Of a stretch of 64,000 bases of DNA, positions 37,999 to 48,497 are shown piece by piece. The stretch comes from Bacteroidota bacterium (GTDB lineage Bacteria > Bacteroidota > Ignavibacteria > UBA10030). A program made the position numbers and the translations under genes. A model generated the notes under the pieces. It ran no database searches. It had not been told where the DNA came from and saw only the letters and a list, made by a program, of their open reading frames with translations. Each line of letters begins with the position of its first letter. Position 1 is the first letter of the stretch. The DNA lies in the NCBI GenBank assembly GCA_049644265.1, contig JBARRO010000005.1, forward strand, positions 36,576 through 100,575, in the 5' to 3' direction.

Positions 37999-38841
37999 CT
38001 ACTCCTGAAACTTCAATGACACGGTATCGGACCCTGAAGGGCTCATGAAGACCTCAACAGAATGTTTTGCCCGCAGGTTCTCAACGAGCGTGTTATAGAG
38101 TCTCTTGCGTTTTTCGATGGCGATTCTCCCACGGAGCTCCTTCGCCATGTACTGCGCGTCCGCCTGATCGCCCTGTCGCCCAAACTTCCACACCACGAGG
38201 ATATAATATCCGTTTGGCGTGTTGACGGGAAAAGATGGTGTCCTGGCGGGGCTGTTGACTGCAACGCGCCACAATTCGGGCGGGTGAAGTGTCGCCTGCG
38301 AGTGATAGACCGAATCGGACGTGGTCAGAATCGCTTGGCCGGGGTCGCTCACCTGCGTCAGCGCCTGATGCCACGATGTTCCCTTCAATACCGAATTGCG
38401 GAATGTGGTCGCCCCGTCGCGGTCGGAAAACAACACATAGCTGACAAGGGCAACGTCCTGCTGCAGGACAAATTCCGGCTTATGGGATTCATAATAGCCG
38501 GCAATCTCATCGTCTCCCGCCCGTTCACTGGAGTCCGAATAAACTTCCTGTTCCAACAGCGCTGTAATGGCAAGTTGCCGTCGGATTTCCTCCAGCCTCG
38601 AATTCATAACGTCGGTGCGGTCGAAACCCCGCCGCACAGCTTCCCGATACAGCAGCTCATCGGTCAGCCAGCGTTGAACAAATTGCTGCAATTGTGCCTG
38701 AGAGACGCCGCGGGAGGTGTCGAACCGCGCCCGAATCTGCTCCAGGGTTAATGTCTCGTTATCGATACGGGCGATTGCTGTTCCGCCGGTGTCGCGGGTG
38801 CGGCAGCCCATAGCCAATAGAAGGAAGCAGCAGAGGAGCAT
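37999..38841 (-). CDS. SurA-N/PpiC-related chaperone-like lipoprotein
   Basis: Lipobox LLLAMGC at the proposed ATG 38841 start; the track start 38937 overlaps the upstream gene. Weak similarity to the SurA N-domain and a degenerate parvulin domain. Confidence 0.6.
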   Translation of the reverse strand: MLLCCFLLLAMGCRTRDTGGTAIARIDNETLTLEQIRARFDTSRGVSQAQLQQFVQRWLTDELLYREAVRRGFDRTDVMNSRLEEIRRQLAITALLEQEVYSDSSERAGDDEIAGYYESHKPEFVLQQDVALVSYVLFSDRDGATTFRNSVLKGTSWHQALTQVSDPGQAILTTSDSVYHSQATLHPPELWRVAVNSPARTPSFPVNTPNGYYILVVWKFGRQGDQADAQYMAKELRGRIAIEKRKRLYNTLVENLRAKHSVEVFMSPSGSDTVSLKFQE

Positions 38842-38890
38842 CCCCGACGGCCGCAAAAGTCGACTGGATCCCTGAGCGCCATGTGTTGCG

Positions 38891-40915
38891 TTACTGGCCA
38901 GGTCCATTTGCTTTCTTAAAGGCCTCCCCCAACACATCCTTGTTAATCGCGACTCCGAACTTCCTCTTTAAGGATTCAACCCATTCCTGCTCGCGCTGTT
39001 TTGAAGCCAACTCCTGGTAGCTGCTGGAGAGCTCCGGTCCGGCTTCTTCGAACGTTTTCAACCGCGGGCCTTCGCGCTCAAGCACTTTCATGATGGACCA
39101 TCCCCCCTGGTACCTGAAGGGAGCGGTGACGCTGTCGACTTGCATCGTTGAAGCCTTTTTGGAAAGATCATTCAAGCCGTATGGCTGGAATCCCCAGACG
39201 CCCGATTTCTCCCGATACCCCTGGCGCATCGTATGCTCTTTGGCAACCTCGAGAAAACCTTCGCCGCTCTGAATGAGCCAATTCGCAGCCTTCACGGCAG
39301 AGTCTGAAATGACATAGATCTCCGCAAAATTCACTCGCTCGGGCCAGCGGTACTTTTCCTTTGTCGTGTCATAGTATGCTCTGAGCAACGAGTCGTTCAC
39401 CGTCAACTTTTTCCAAATCTCATCCTGTTCAATCCTGTACAACAGCACTCCGTCTTCGTAGTCCTGCATGAGCGCGGCAAACGTAGGGTGTCGTTCCGGA
39501 GCCCGACGGGCATGTTCCTCAAGAGCCTGCGCATCAGCAAGCTGGCCAACTGCTTGTTCAATCTTCGCCGGCGTCAGGTTCCACATCCTGTAGTCGGGGC
39601 TGGAGCTCATCTTATCCAAAAACCCTTGAACCGACATTTTAATAGACGTCGAGTTTACAAGGGTTTTCTGTTTCATGTCGCCCGGCAGGCTGACATCCCA
39701 CGCCGAATCTGCCGGCGTCCTGGTTGTATCAAATGAAGCACCGAGTCTGTCCTCAAGGCTGCTGTCGATCGTTACACCATATCTTTTTCTCAGGTCTCGC
39801 ACATACCGTTCATAGTCTGCCGGATACCGTTGCTGCTGATAGGTGTTCCGGAGGTCCTTTTCGAGGTCGGAGAACGGAGGGAGAGGTTTTTTTTCAGTCA
39901 CTTTAAAGATATGGAACCCGTAGGGAAAACGGACCGGCTCCGTAATCGAGTCGATAGGGATTGCAAAAAGAATGCTTGCCAGGTCGGGAGAGATGCGTTC
40001 CCGCTCATAAAACCCGAGGTCGCCTCCGCGTCCAACGCTTCCCTGATCACGGCTAAACTGCGTAACTGCCGTCTGGAAATCCATTCCCCCTTTGAGTTTC
40101 CGGTAAACCTGCCAGGCAGTATCCCGTACCGCCGCAGTGTCTTCCAACGTGCGCGAAAAAGTCAGAAGAATGTGACTCAACTTGATTGCTCCGGGATTGG
40201 CGTGCCTTGCCGTAAGCTCAATAACATGGTATCCGACCGAAGACCGCACGGGGGTCTTTGTGTACTCCCCGGGCTTCAGGGCATAGCAGGCGTCTTCGAC
40301 CTCAGGTGCGAGACGGCCTGTATTAAAGAACCCGATATCGCCTTTGTTAAATGTTGCCGTCGGATCTTCGGAATATGCCGAGGCAAGCGTGTCAAACTGA
40401 ATTTTCGGAAGAAGGCTGACAACCTTCATCGCCCTGTTGTATGCTGTGAGGGTGTCCGCAGGGCTTGCATCCCGGGCAACCCGGATGAGAATCTGGCGGG
40501 CACGAAGCTCTTCCTGTTTGTGGTCGTACATCTTCTGCACCATCGGTGCAATCAATTCCTTTTCGACCATATACGCTTGAGCCACAGACACGCGGTAGGT
40601 TTCCAGTTCGTTCTGGACGGACGAGTCACGGAGGAGCCCCTGCGCATGGGCCTCCTGAACTTTGAGCCTGAACTTCAGCAACAGGTCAAGGTATCGCTGG
40701 CGGTCTTCCGGTTTGGATTGGACACCCGCATCCCACCCTCCGTTGTTCTTCGAATAACTCTGCTCAAATTCGTCGAGCGTTATCTTCTCATTCCCAACGG
40801 TTGCCACAACCGGTTTCGAGGCACCGCAGCCGGTCATCAGGACCATGCCCCCGACAGCCAGAATCGGTGCGGAAAATCTCAGGATTTTCTTCCATTTCTT
40901 CATGTCTGTGCTCAT
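38891..40915 (-). CDS. SurA/PpiD-like peptidyl-prolyl isomerase lipoprotein with parvulin domains
   Basis: Lipobox LMTGCG. There are two PpiC-type segments (…GYHVIEL…, …GFHIFKV…) and long SurA-like chaperone regions. Confidence 0.7.
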   Translation of the reverse strand: MSTDMKKWKKILRFSAPILAVGGMVLMTGCGASKPVVATVGNEKITLDEFEQSYSKNNGGWDAGVQSKPEDRQRYLDLLLKFRLKVQEAHAQGLLRDSSVQNELETYRVSVAQAYMVEKELIAPMVQKMYDHKQEELRARQILIRVARDASPADTLTAYNRAMKVVSLLPKIQFDTLASAYSEDPTATFNKGDIGFFNTGRLAPEVEDACYALKPGEYTKTPVRSSVGYHVIELTARHANPGAIKLSHILLTFSRTLEDTAAVRDTAWQVYRKLKGGMDFQTAVTQFSRDQGSVGRGGDLGFYERERISPDLASILFAIPIDSITEPVRFPYGFHIFKVTEKKPLPPFSDLEKDLRNTYQQQRYPADYERYVRDLRKRYGVTIDSSLEDRLGASFDTTRTPADSAWDVSLPGDMKQKTLVNSTSIKMSVQGFLDKMSSSPDYRMWNLTPAKIEQAVGQLADAQALEEHARRAPERHPTFAALMQDYEDGVLLYRIEQDEIWKKLTVNDSLLRAYYDTTKEKYRWPERVNFAEIYVISDSAVKAANWLIQSGEGFLEVAKEHTMRQGYREKSGVWGFQPYGLNDLSKKASTMQVDSVTAPFRYQGGWSIMKVLEREGPRLKTFEEAGPELSSSYQELASKQREQEWVESLKRKFGVAINKDVLGEAFKKANGPGQ

Positions 40916-41039
40916 CTTTTACTTATCGTGAGTTAAAAAAGTAACCAAAATTGGCCTGCCAAGCAAGGAATTGTCCGAAAAGTGCCCAGTTTGGTCGCAC
41001 TCAGTATCGCAGACTAATTGAATGAGGCGCTGAGTCCGA

Positions 41040-41072
41040 AAACAACAAAGCCCTTCACAGAAGGGCTTTGGC
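41040..41072 (-). terminator. Rho-independent terminator after the DUF4340 gene
   Basis: The minus strand reads caaagcccttctgtgaagggctttg followed by ttgttttcgg. Confidence 0.6.
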
Positions 41073-41089
41073 GGTCACTCGGGGTGCGT

Positions 41090-41989
41090 TTACGTCTTCG
41101 ACTTGATGAGATCCTTCTTCCGTTTCAGGAGCTGCGTGGCCTTCCACGATTCGAGGACATACCATTGCGGCGATGAACCGGATTGCACGTAATACTTTCC
41201 CTTTTCTTTTTTGAACGCGAATCGAATCTGATTTCCATTGAAGGAAATCTGCGCCATCAGTTTTGGTGCGAGCGTGCTGTCGAGAAAGTCGTCCGCCTGA
41301 ACGCTCGCAAGAGATCCCAGAAGACTTGAAACTGCCGTCAGCTGCGTGGAATCTTTCCCGATCATCCACACACTGTCTTTTTCTCCAAGCACAAAGGTCG
41401 TATCACCGTACTGGAACTTCACATCCTTGATCGACTCACGTGGCGTCGTCAGGATGGTCTTATCCCTCCAATCCTTCAACGGCCGGCTGAGCACGTACCC
41501 GAATGCGCCTTCTGCAAGAACAACATCTTTCGAATTCGCTACGCGCACATACGTATCGGTATAGGTGCTCGTCGCCTTGCCTATGACCAGCGAGAGTTTC
41601 TCGGCGCCATGTTCATACACCTTCACGAGTGTGCCCGTGCTGTCGACCTGAAAGAGTGAGTACTTGTCCGGATTACTCGAGACAATTCCCTTTCCTTCGA
41701 GTATTTTGAATTGATGAATCGCCGACGCGACGTTGCCTTGGTCGGCCCTGAAGTGCATGGGGGATTCGACAAACCATTCCGAGCCTTTCTTTTCAAGCAC
41801 AACGCTTCTGTCGGGCGCTTTGACCTCGAACTTGTCTACAGCAATTGAATCAATCTGGGCAAGCAGTCCCGAGCTTCCCGATGACGCGCTCTGCTCACCG
41901 GGCTTTTGCATCACGAGATATGCCACCAGCAGGAGGATGGCCAGGACGGCAATGAGGACGTAGGTGCTGCGTTTCATGGGTTTGTGCAA
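41090..41989 (-). CDS. DUF4340 domain protein
   Basis: N-terminal TM anchor. It sits immediately downstream of a GldG-like gene, the usual partner of DUF4340. Confidence 0.6.
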   Translation of the reverse strand: MHKPMKRSTYVLIAVLAILLLVAYLVMQKPGEQSASSGSSGLLAQIDSIAVDKFEVKAPDRSVVLEKKGSEWFVESPMHFRADQGNVASAIHQFKILEGKGIVSSNPDKYSLFQVDSTGTLVKVYEHGAEKLSLVIGKATSTYTDTYVRVANSKDVVLAEGAFGYVLSRPLKDWRDKTILTTPRESIKDVKFQYGDTTFVLGEKDSVWMIGKDSTQLTAVSSLLGSLASVQADDFLDSTLAPKLMAQISFNGNQIRFAFKKEKGKYYVQSGSSPQWYVLESWKATQLLKRKKDLIKSKT

Positions 41990-41995
41990 ACAGGA

Positions 41996-43543
41996 TTATA
42001 GTTGGCTCTCGAGCGATTTTTTCAACGCAACGCGTCTCCGCCAGCGGAGAAGCCCGTACCCGATGATAAGCAGTGGCGGAACGATGATGTTGGCATACTT
42101 GAGCATTTTCTTGGTACCGTCGGAAACCTGCTCCAGGGGCGGTTGCGCAATATCTTTCGACCGGATGGTGATCAGCCCGGCGTCGTCGGCAAGATAGTCG
42201 ACAAGATTCTGGAAGAAGGTAAGATTGCCGCGATCGCCCAAGTACTCGTCCTTGATGAAATCGCCATCGCCAACGACGAGGATTCTGGTTTCCGGGCTCC
42301 GGGTGAGCGTGGGCGCGGGCTGCTTTCCTTCAAAGAAGCTCTTGAATGACCCTCCGACAATCGCTGCCAGAGGAATGCCGGATTCGGGCAGGTCCGTGGC
42401 TGCGTACCTCTGGAACGGATCGATCATCATAAATTCCCCGGTCTGCCTGCCGCTCCGCTTTGAGGAACGAATCAGGACCTCTGCCTTCAGACCCCTGGAC
42501 GCGGCGGGACTTGTATCAATGGAGCTCACAAAAAAGAACATCAGGCTCTGCAGATCTTTGACGATCGAATTGTTCCGGTTGAAATCGGATGGGCTCGGAA
42601 AATAGGGAAAGGGAATCTGGCTGCGTATTTGGAACGGCCCCTGCATTTGTGAAACCGTGATGTTCGCGCATTGCGCGTCCCGGACGAGGTCGCTGTTCAG
42701 CCGAACGCCATAATTCTCGAGCATGTCCTGGATCCCGAGGTTGACCGGCTGCGCAAACCGCTGCTGAAGGTTGGCATTGATGGTGTTCAACAGGAACGCG
42801 ACCTTTCCTCCGCTCATCAGATACTGATCGATCGCGTACTTGGAGCTGTCGCTGAATTTTGTCGCGGGAGAAATCACAAGAAGCGCCGCGAGGTCGGTCG
42901 GGATCGGGGTATTCTTGCTTAGATCGACGGGCTCGAGGGTGTATTGCTTCGTAAGTTCTTGATTTGCCCGTTGAAGATTCTGCAGCGTCGGTTCCTGGTG
43001 GCCCGTGGTGTATCCAATTTTTTTCTTCGTGTGTGCGGTCAGGCGCTTGATCGTGCTGCTGATGTCGTACTCGAGGGAGCTCAGGTTCTGAATGACCGGA
43101 AGAATCTCCTTCTTATCCTCATAGAGGAATACAAGACCCAGGTAGGCACGCACAACTTCAAGCTTGTCCTCTTTCACGACATTGACCTGCGCAGGCGGAA
43201 TTCCCTGCTGCTGCGCTTCTTCCTCACCCTTCTGACCCTGGGGATTGATGAACTCGAATTGGAGACTGCCTTTCGAGTACGCACGGTAGTCGTTCAGGAT
43301 GTCCAGAACGGCGCGCCGGTTGCTGTTGTACGGAGCAGGCAGGTCTTCTGTAAAATACGCTTTGACCGTGAGGCGGTCGTCCAGCGACCCGACAAGCCTC
43401 TTGCTCGCATCGGAAAGCGTGTAGACCCGCTCCTTCGTCAGGTCCAGGCGTCCGAACACGCGAACAGAAATGAAGTTGACGACGACAAGGATCCCCAGAA
43501 CGAGCAGAACGCGAATCAGGGATTGTGTTTTCTTACTTCTCAT
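41996..43543 (-). CDS. GldG-like auxiliary component of an ABC-type transport system
   Basis: N- and C-terminal TM anchors flank a large periplasmic domain of the Gldg/ABC_transp_aux family. Confidence 0.75.
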   Translation of the reverse strand: MRSKKTQSLIRVLLVLGILVVVNFISVRVFGRLDLTKERVYTLSDASKRLVGSLDDRLTVKAYFTEDLPAPYNSNRRAVLDILNDYRAYSKGSLQFEFINPQGQKGEEEAQQQGIPPAQVNVVKEDKLEVVRAYLGLVFLYEDKKEILPVIQNLSSLEYDISSTIKRLTAHTKKKIGYTTGHQEPTLQNLQRANQELTKQYTLEPVDLSKNTPIPTDLAALLVISPATKFSDSSKYAIDQYLMSGGKVAFLLNTINANLQQRFAQPVNLGIQDMLENYGVRLNSDLVRDAQCANITVSQMQGPFQIRSQIPFPYFPSPSDFNRNNSIVKDLQSLMFFFVSSIDTSPAASRGLKAEVLIRSSKRSGRQTGEFMMIDPFQRYAATDLPESGIPLAAIVGGSFKSFFEGKQPAPTLTRSPETRILVVGDGDFIKDEYLGDRGNLTFFQNLVDYLADDAGLITIRSKDIAQPPLEQVSDGTKKMLKYANIIVPPLLIIGYGLLRWRRRVALKKSLESQL

Positions 43544-43589
43544 TTTTTCCTTGGAGAGGCTCTCGGAATCTTTCCTGGTAACTCTGGGC

Positions 43590-43665
43590 GGGATTCTGGG
43601 AGTCTTTCACTTTATTTCTTCGTGTTCTTCGTGCCCTTCGTGGTTGATAATCCCTTCGTTGTTTA
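43590..43665. repeat. Intergenic heptamer repeat element, family copy F, inside the ABC operon
   Basis: cactttatttcttcgtgttcttcgtgcccttcgtggttgataatcccttcgttg. Confidence 0.45.
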
Positions 43666-44415
43666 CCATTTTCGACGTTCAAGTGAAACAACAGAAAGAT
43701 AGAGCGTGAATCCGGCCATCGACACGAAATAGACAAGGTCGCGGGAATCAATAACGCCCCGGGCGATATTCATGAAGTGGAAATCCATCCCCAGGTATTC
43801 AACTACGCTCGTCAGCATCTCCGGCATGAAGATGAGCACCTTGTCGAGCAGAAAAAGCGTCAGAATCAGGAAGATCCCGAGGATAAACGCAATGATCTGA
43901 TTTTCCGTCAAACTCGAAGCAAACAGCCCAATTGCGATCGAGACACCCGCCATCAGCATCAATCCGAAATACCCGCCAATCACCGGACCGTTGTCGACCG
44001 AGCCAAGAAATGCGATCGTGCCGTAATACAAAAGAGTCGGGAGCAGAGCGACGCCGACGAGAGCCCATGCGGCAAGGAATTTTCCGAGGACAATTTCAAC
44101 ATCGTGCACCGGTTTGGTTGTAAGAAGCTCGATCGTCCCGGATTTCTTCTCTTCCGCGAGGAGGCGCATGGTAATGGCGGGAATGACGAACAGGAATATC
44201 CATCGTGCGATCTCGAACATCTCCCGCATCGAAGCCATGTTGATCAGGAAGATGTTGCTCGCGTAGAACCACCCGATGATCGCGAGAAACACCACGATCA
44301 CAACGTACGCAACCGCCGAGTTGAAGTACGACCGGATTTCTTTCCGGAAAATTGTTCCGACGTTCTTGAAGTTGCTCAGAAACGCTTTTATGTCAATTGC
44401 AAAAGTTCGTTCCAT
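43663..44415 (-). CDS. ABC-2 type transporter permease, GldF-like
   Basis: 250 aa with a 6-TM ABC-2 family pattern. Confidence 0.75.
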   Translation of the reverse strand: MERTFAIDIKAFLSNFKNVGTIFRKEIRSYFNSAVAYVVIVVFLAIIGWFYASNIFLINMASMREMFEIARWIFLFVIPAITMRLLAEEKKSGTIELLTTKPVHDVEIVLGKFLAAWALVGVALLPTLLYYGTIAFLGSVDNGPVIGGYFGLMLMAGVSIAIGLFASSLTENQIIAFILGIFLILTLFLLDKVLIFMPEMLTSVVEYLGMDFHFMNIARGVIDSRDLVYFVSMAGFTLYLSVVSLERRKW

Positions 44416-44424
44416 TTCTTCCTT

Positions 44425-44560
44425 ATGAGAGACCTTCCTTGAGTGTCCTTCGTGGTCCCCTGGAAAGACTCCCGGAATCTCACCGAGAATTACCGAGAAA
44501 GGTTCCGGGGGTCTCTCTTAGTGCCCTTGGTGTCCTTCGTGGTTCGTGGCTTCATCCGCG
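44425..44560. repeat. Intergenic heptamer repeat element, family copy G, inside the ABC operon
   Basis: cttgagtgtccttcgtggtcccc … cttagtgcccttggtgtccttcgtggttcgtggc. The central segment resembles copy F. Confidence 0.45.
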
Positions 44561-45496
44561 CGTGAGTTTGTGGAACACCTCTTCCAGACTCGTAACGCTT
44601 CTCGACATCTCCAACAACGTCCATCCTTCATTCACCGCTTTGCGGAAGAGCTCTTCCCGCACATCATTTCCTTTTTCCGTATGCACACGAAACTTGTGGA
44701 TGGCCCCTTCCTGCCCGCCATACTCAACGGATTGAATTTTTGCAATCGACTGAATTTTCGGGAAGATGTCCGTCATCGCATTCGTTACATTCGCCTTCAG
44801 CTCCAGCGCAACAACCTCGGCGCCACGGAAATCCTGCTGCAGCTGCTCCGGTGTACCGTCTGCGACGATCGTTCCTTCGTTAATGATGATAACGCGGTCG
44901 CAGGTTGCCTGGACCTCGGAGAGGATGTGCGTGGAGAGAATAACCGTCTTCGCGCGACCCAACTGACGGATAAGGTTTCGAATTTCGACGATTTGATTGG
45001 GATCGAGGCCGCTGGTCGGTTCATCCAGGATCAACACTTCCGGGTCGTGCACCATTGCCTGGGCAAGGCCCACCCTCTGGCGAAATCCTTTGGAGAGTTC
45101 GCCGATGTCTTTATGACGAACGTTCGTCAATCCACAGAGGTCGATCATTTCCTTCAGACGACTCTTGAGAACGGCGTTCTTCAGGCCATGCAGGCGCGCG
45201 GAATACTCCAGGTACTCCACGACGTTCATGTCGAGATACAGCGGGTTGAGCTCGGGAAGATAGCCGATCTTTCTTCGCACTTCGAGGGAGCGTTCCGCGG
45301 TCTTGAATCCGTCCACCTCTACCGTGCCCGACGAGGCGGGCAGATAACACGTGATGATTTTCATCGTGGTGGTCTTGCCGGCGCCGTTGGGACCGAGGAA
45401 TCCGAGAATTTCCCCCGTTTTCACGTCGAACGAAATGTTATCAACCGCTTTTTCCTGTCCGTAGTATTTCGTCAGATTCCGTACTGCAATTGCCAT
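44552..45496 (-). CDS. ABC transporter ATP-binding protein, GldA-like
   Basis: Walker A GPNGAGKTT, ABC signature LSKGFRQRV, and Walker B ILDEPTSGLD. Confidence 0.85.
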   Translation of the reverse strand: MAIAVRNLTKYYGQEKAVDNISFDVKTGEILGFLGPNGAGKTTTMKIITCYLPASSGTVEVDGFKTAERSLEVRRKIGYLPELNPLYLDMNVVEYLEYSARLHGLKNAVLKSRLKEMIDLCGLTNVRHKDIGELSKGFRQRVGLAQAMVHDPEVLILDEPTSGLDPNQIVEIRNLIRQLGRAKTVILSTHILSEVQATCDRVIIINEGTIVADGTPEQLQQDFRGAEVVALELKANVTNAMTDIFPKIQSIAKIQSVEYGGQEGAIHKFRVHTEKGNDVREELFRKAVNEGWTLLEMSRSVTSLEEVFHKLTRG

Positions 45497-45544
45497 GGTT
45501 CTGCGTTGGATTGATCGGGTGATGGAACAATTACACGGAGGTCA

Positions 45545-45735
45545 CAGATCTTCCTGCCGGTCTACGACTCGTAGAGTTTACCCGCCGTGTTGTGTGGCGG
45601 GCAGGCAGGGAAAAGATGAGAAGACAGAGGTTTAAGACCTCGTATTTTTTGGAGTTTGGGAAAAGCCCCCTCTCAATCTTTTCTCTGTGAGTTACGCTCT
45701 TCTCAGTGTCCTCTGTGAATCTCTCTAAAAAGTGC
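45545..45735. repeat. Intergenic heptamer-armed repeat element, family copy H
   Basis: gagaagacagaggtttaagacctc as the complementary arm, and ctctcaatcttttctctgtgagttacgctcttctcagtgtcctctgtgaatctctc as the right arm. Confidence 0.45.
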
Positions 45736-45897
45736 TCCAAGTTTAATGAAAAGAAAAAATTATGTCAAGGGTTCCGCTGTTCAGAGTGTCTAAGACGGAT
45801 AGAGAGTTCAAAATGTTCCCGGGTTAAGAAACAAAATCGTTGTCTCTGGACAAGACAAACGATAGAGAAGGGATAAAAGGGGAGGATTGCGAGATAA

Positions 45898-46404
45898 TTG
45901 TGGATTGCACACAACATTTTCTTTGCCTATTTTCTCCTCCAATTGACGGACGGATGCGTGAAGGCATTCCCCTCCATACTGCTCTATGCCGTGTCGCTTG
46001 CGCTGCTCACAGTCGCGCTACGCGTGCTGGAATACAAGCTGCTCGTCGTCGACCACGCGCGGGAGCTGTACATCGGCGCCATCGCCTTGCTGTTCACCGG
46101 GGTCGGTGTTTGGGCCGGAGGAAGTCTGCGCAACAGGGTCCGGCATACGCCGCTTATCGGGCCGGAATCCCTCACGGCATTTGCTCCCAGCGAAGATGCG
46201 CTCCGGCGAACCGGCATCACAGCGCGCGAACTGGAGGTGCTGCAGCTCGTCGCACTAGGACTCAGCACGCGGGAGATCGCCGACAAGTTGTTCGTTTCCA
46301 TCAACACGGTTAAGACACACACGGCCAGTCTCTTTCAAAAACTGGACGCCCGGAGGCGCACTCAGGCAGTCCAAAAGGCGGCGTCAGCGGGATTGTTGCC
46401 CTGA
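45898..46404 (+). CDS. Membrane-anchored LuxR-family (GerE-type HTH) transcriptional regulator
   Basis: The C-terminal HTH is TARELEVLQLVALGLSTREIADKLFVSINTVKTHTASLFQKL. The N-terminal ~100 aa have 3 predicted TM. TTG start with GGGGAGGA upstream. Confidence 0.65.
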   Translation: MWIAHNIFFAYFLLQLTDGCVKAFPSILLYAVSLALLTVALRVLEYKLLVVDHARELYIGAIALLFTGVGVWAGGSLRNRVRHTPLIGPESLTAFAPSEDALRRTGITARELEVLQLVALGLSTREIADKLFVSINTVKTHTASLFQKLDARRRTQAVQKAASAGLLP

Positions 46405-46534
46405 AAGGACTCCTCCGTTCGTAGGAACGAAGCTCCCGTCCTCAAAATCACCCTTTTGGATGATGCGGAAGGAGGGGGAGATGTCGTATGTTGGAGGGAA
46501 TTTACCTTCCATCATCCTAGTTGAAGGAGGTCGC

Positions 46535-47059
46535 ATGAAATCGTTCGTCTTCAAATTCGGATTCATCTCTGGCGCCATCAGCGCCGCACTCATGTTCCTG
46601 ACGTTCGTGTTACTGCGGGGACCGTGGCTGTTCGAGAACGGGCAGTTCGTCGGGTACGGGGGGATGGTTCTATCGTTTGCGATCATCTTTGTTGGCGTGC
46701 GGTCGTACCGCGAGCAGACGGGAGAGGGGTCGGTGTCGTTCGGGAAGGCATTCCAGGTCGGACTGCTGATGGCCCTGATATCATGCTGCTGCTACACCGT
46801 CGCGTGGTTGTTCATCAATCATTTCCTCTATCCGAACTTTGCCGACGACTATACGCAGCACGAGATGAACCGCCTGCGGCAGAGCGGAGCAGCCGAGGCA
46901 GTCTTGCAGCAGAAAATGAAAATGATGGAAGAATACAAATCGTTGACGGCCAATCCATTCATGAATGCGCTCATTACATTCACCGAGCCACTACCCGTGG
47001 GGTTTATCGTGGCGTTGATCTCGGCAGCCATCCTGCGCAAGAAACCTGCAAAGCCATAA
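46535..47059 (+). CDS. DUF4199 family membrane protein
   Basis: ATG 46535 follows GAAGGAGG. 4-TM pattern of DUF4199. Confidence 0.55.
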   Translation: MKSFVFKFGFISGAISAALMFLTFVLLRGPWLFENGQFVGYGGMVLSFAIIFVGVRSYREQTGEGSVSFGKAFQVGLLMALISCCCYTVAWLFINHFLYPNFADDYTQHEMNRLRQSGAAEAVLQQKMKMMEEYKSLTANPFMNALITFTEPLPVGFIVALISAAILRKKPAKP

Positions 47060-47103
47060 TCACTGTAGCCGCGGGATTCTATCCCGCACGGAGAATATCT
47101 TCA

Positions 47104-47532
47104 ATGGCAGAAAACAAAACCAGGCCGACAAGAAGCAGCGTGATCGCGTTCTTGAACAAGATCAAGGACAAGCAATTGCGGGATGATTGCTCTGCAATTC
47201 TCGAAATGATGGAGGAGGTGTCACAATCTGAACCTGTCATGTGGGGAAGCGCCATCGTCGGATTTGGGACATATCACTACGTGTATGAAAGCGGACGAGA
47301 AGGAGATATGCCCATCATTAGCTACTCGCCGAGAAAACGAAACATCAGCGTCTATTTGTTGGGTGGATTGAAAAACATCAAAGGTGAACTCTCCAAGCTG
47401 GGAAAATATGAAGCCGGCAAAGGGTGCCCCTCTATTAAGTCGCTGAGCGATGTGAAGGTAGGGATCCTTAGGAAAATCTTTGCGAAGGCCCTTAAGGAAG
47501 CGCAACGTAGACAGCGCCAATCAGCCTCGTGA
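47104..47532 (+). CDS. DUF1801 domain protein
   Basis: 142 aa. The segment MWGSAIVGFGTYHYVYESGREGD is typical of DUF1801/YdhG-like proteins. Confidence 0.6.
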   Translation: MAENKTRPTRSSVIAFLNKIKDKQLRDDCSAILEMMEEVSQSEPVMWGSAIVGFGTYHYVYESGREGDMPIISYSPRKRNISVYLLGGLKNIKGELSKLGKYEAGKGCPSIKSLSDVKVGILRKIFAKALKEAQRRQRQSAS

Positions 47533-47687
47533 GAAACTCATTCATGACCAGATCGGACAACCTGGACGACGCTCATCGGCGGCAAGGGTCGGATCAAAAA
47601 GTGCTTCTACCCGGTATTCCCGCCGGACGCTGATGCAGAGAATGTCCTTCGGTACATCAAGAGGATGCGAATTGTGGGGCGGAAGAT

Positions 47688-48437
47688 ATGACACCAGTTA
47701 TATCAAGATTGCCAGAGTGGGCGAAGAGACCTCTCCGGCATATAAGAGACGTTCTAGCCCCGGCGCTCTATTATGGAGAGGGAAGGTTTTGCCCGATATG
47801 CGGCAAATCATCCCGTCGTTTCCGTACTGCAGGAGTCGTGCCGCGTCCGGATGCCCAATGCGTGTATTGCGGTGCTCTCGAGCGTCACCGTCTTCTCTGG
47901 CTGTTTCTGCAAAAGAACACCGACCTCTTTGACGGCAATCCCAAAAAGATGCTCCACGTGGCGCCAGAACCTTGTTTTGAGTCGAGGTTCAGGGAATTGC
48001 TGGATCGCGATTACCTGACGGCGGATCTGTCTCATCCTCATGTTATGGTGAAGATGGACATTGCCAATATCCCATGCACCGACCAATCATTCGACGTCAT
48101 TCTTTGCAGTCACGTTTTGGAACATGTGCCTGATGACAAGAAAGGGATGAGGGAATTCTATCGAGTACTCAAGAAGGATGGATGGGCCATTCTGCTCGTC
48201 CCGATTGTGAGCAAAAAAACACTTGAGGATCCCTCCCTCATAGACCCTCGCGAACGATTAAGGGCCTTTGGTCAGAAGGACCACGCCCGACGCTATGGTC
48301 TGGATTACGTTGAGCGACTGAGAGAAGCAGGGTTTATGGTGGCGATTACGATGGTGAGCGATTTGACGGACAAAGAAGGCGCAGAAAGAATGGGATTGAC
48401 GCCGGATAGTGGGGTTATATACTACTGTACAAAGTAA
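47688..48437 (+). CDS. Class I SAM-dependent methyltransferase with an N-terminal Cys4 zinc ribbon
   Basis: CPICG…CVYCG zinc ribbon, then the SAM-binding motif and a Methyltransf_11-like core (…VILCSHVLEHV…). Confidence 0.75.
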   Translation: MTPVISRLPEWAKRPLRHIRDVLAPALYYGEGRFCPICGKSSRRFRTAGVVPRPDAQCVYCGALERHRLLWLFLQKNTDLFDGNPKKMLHVAPEPCFESRFRELLDRDYLTADLSHPHVMVKMDIANIPCTDQSFDVILCSHVLEHVPDDKKGMREFYRVLKKDGWAILLVPIVSKKTLEDPSLIDPRERLRAFGQKDHARRYGLDYVERLREAGFMVAITMVSDLTDKEGAERMGLTPDSGVIYYCTK

Positions 48438-48497
48438 TCCGTTGTTGGGCCGCAGAGAATACACTTTATCTCACCATCACCCCACATAGGAGGTCAC

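Noticed and set aside
39830-40936. 368-aa ORF on the plus strand
   Set aside because: It is antisense to the 674-aa PPIase lipoprotein gene. It is a shadow ORF.
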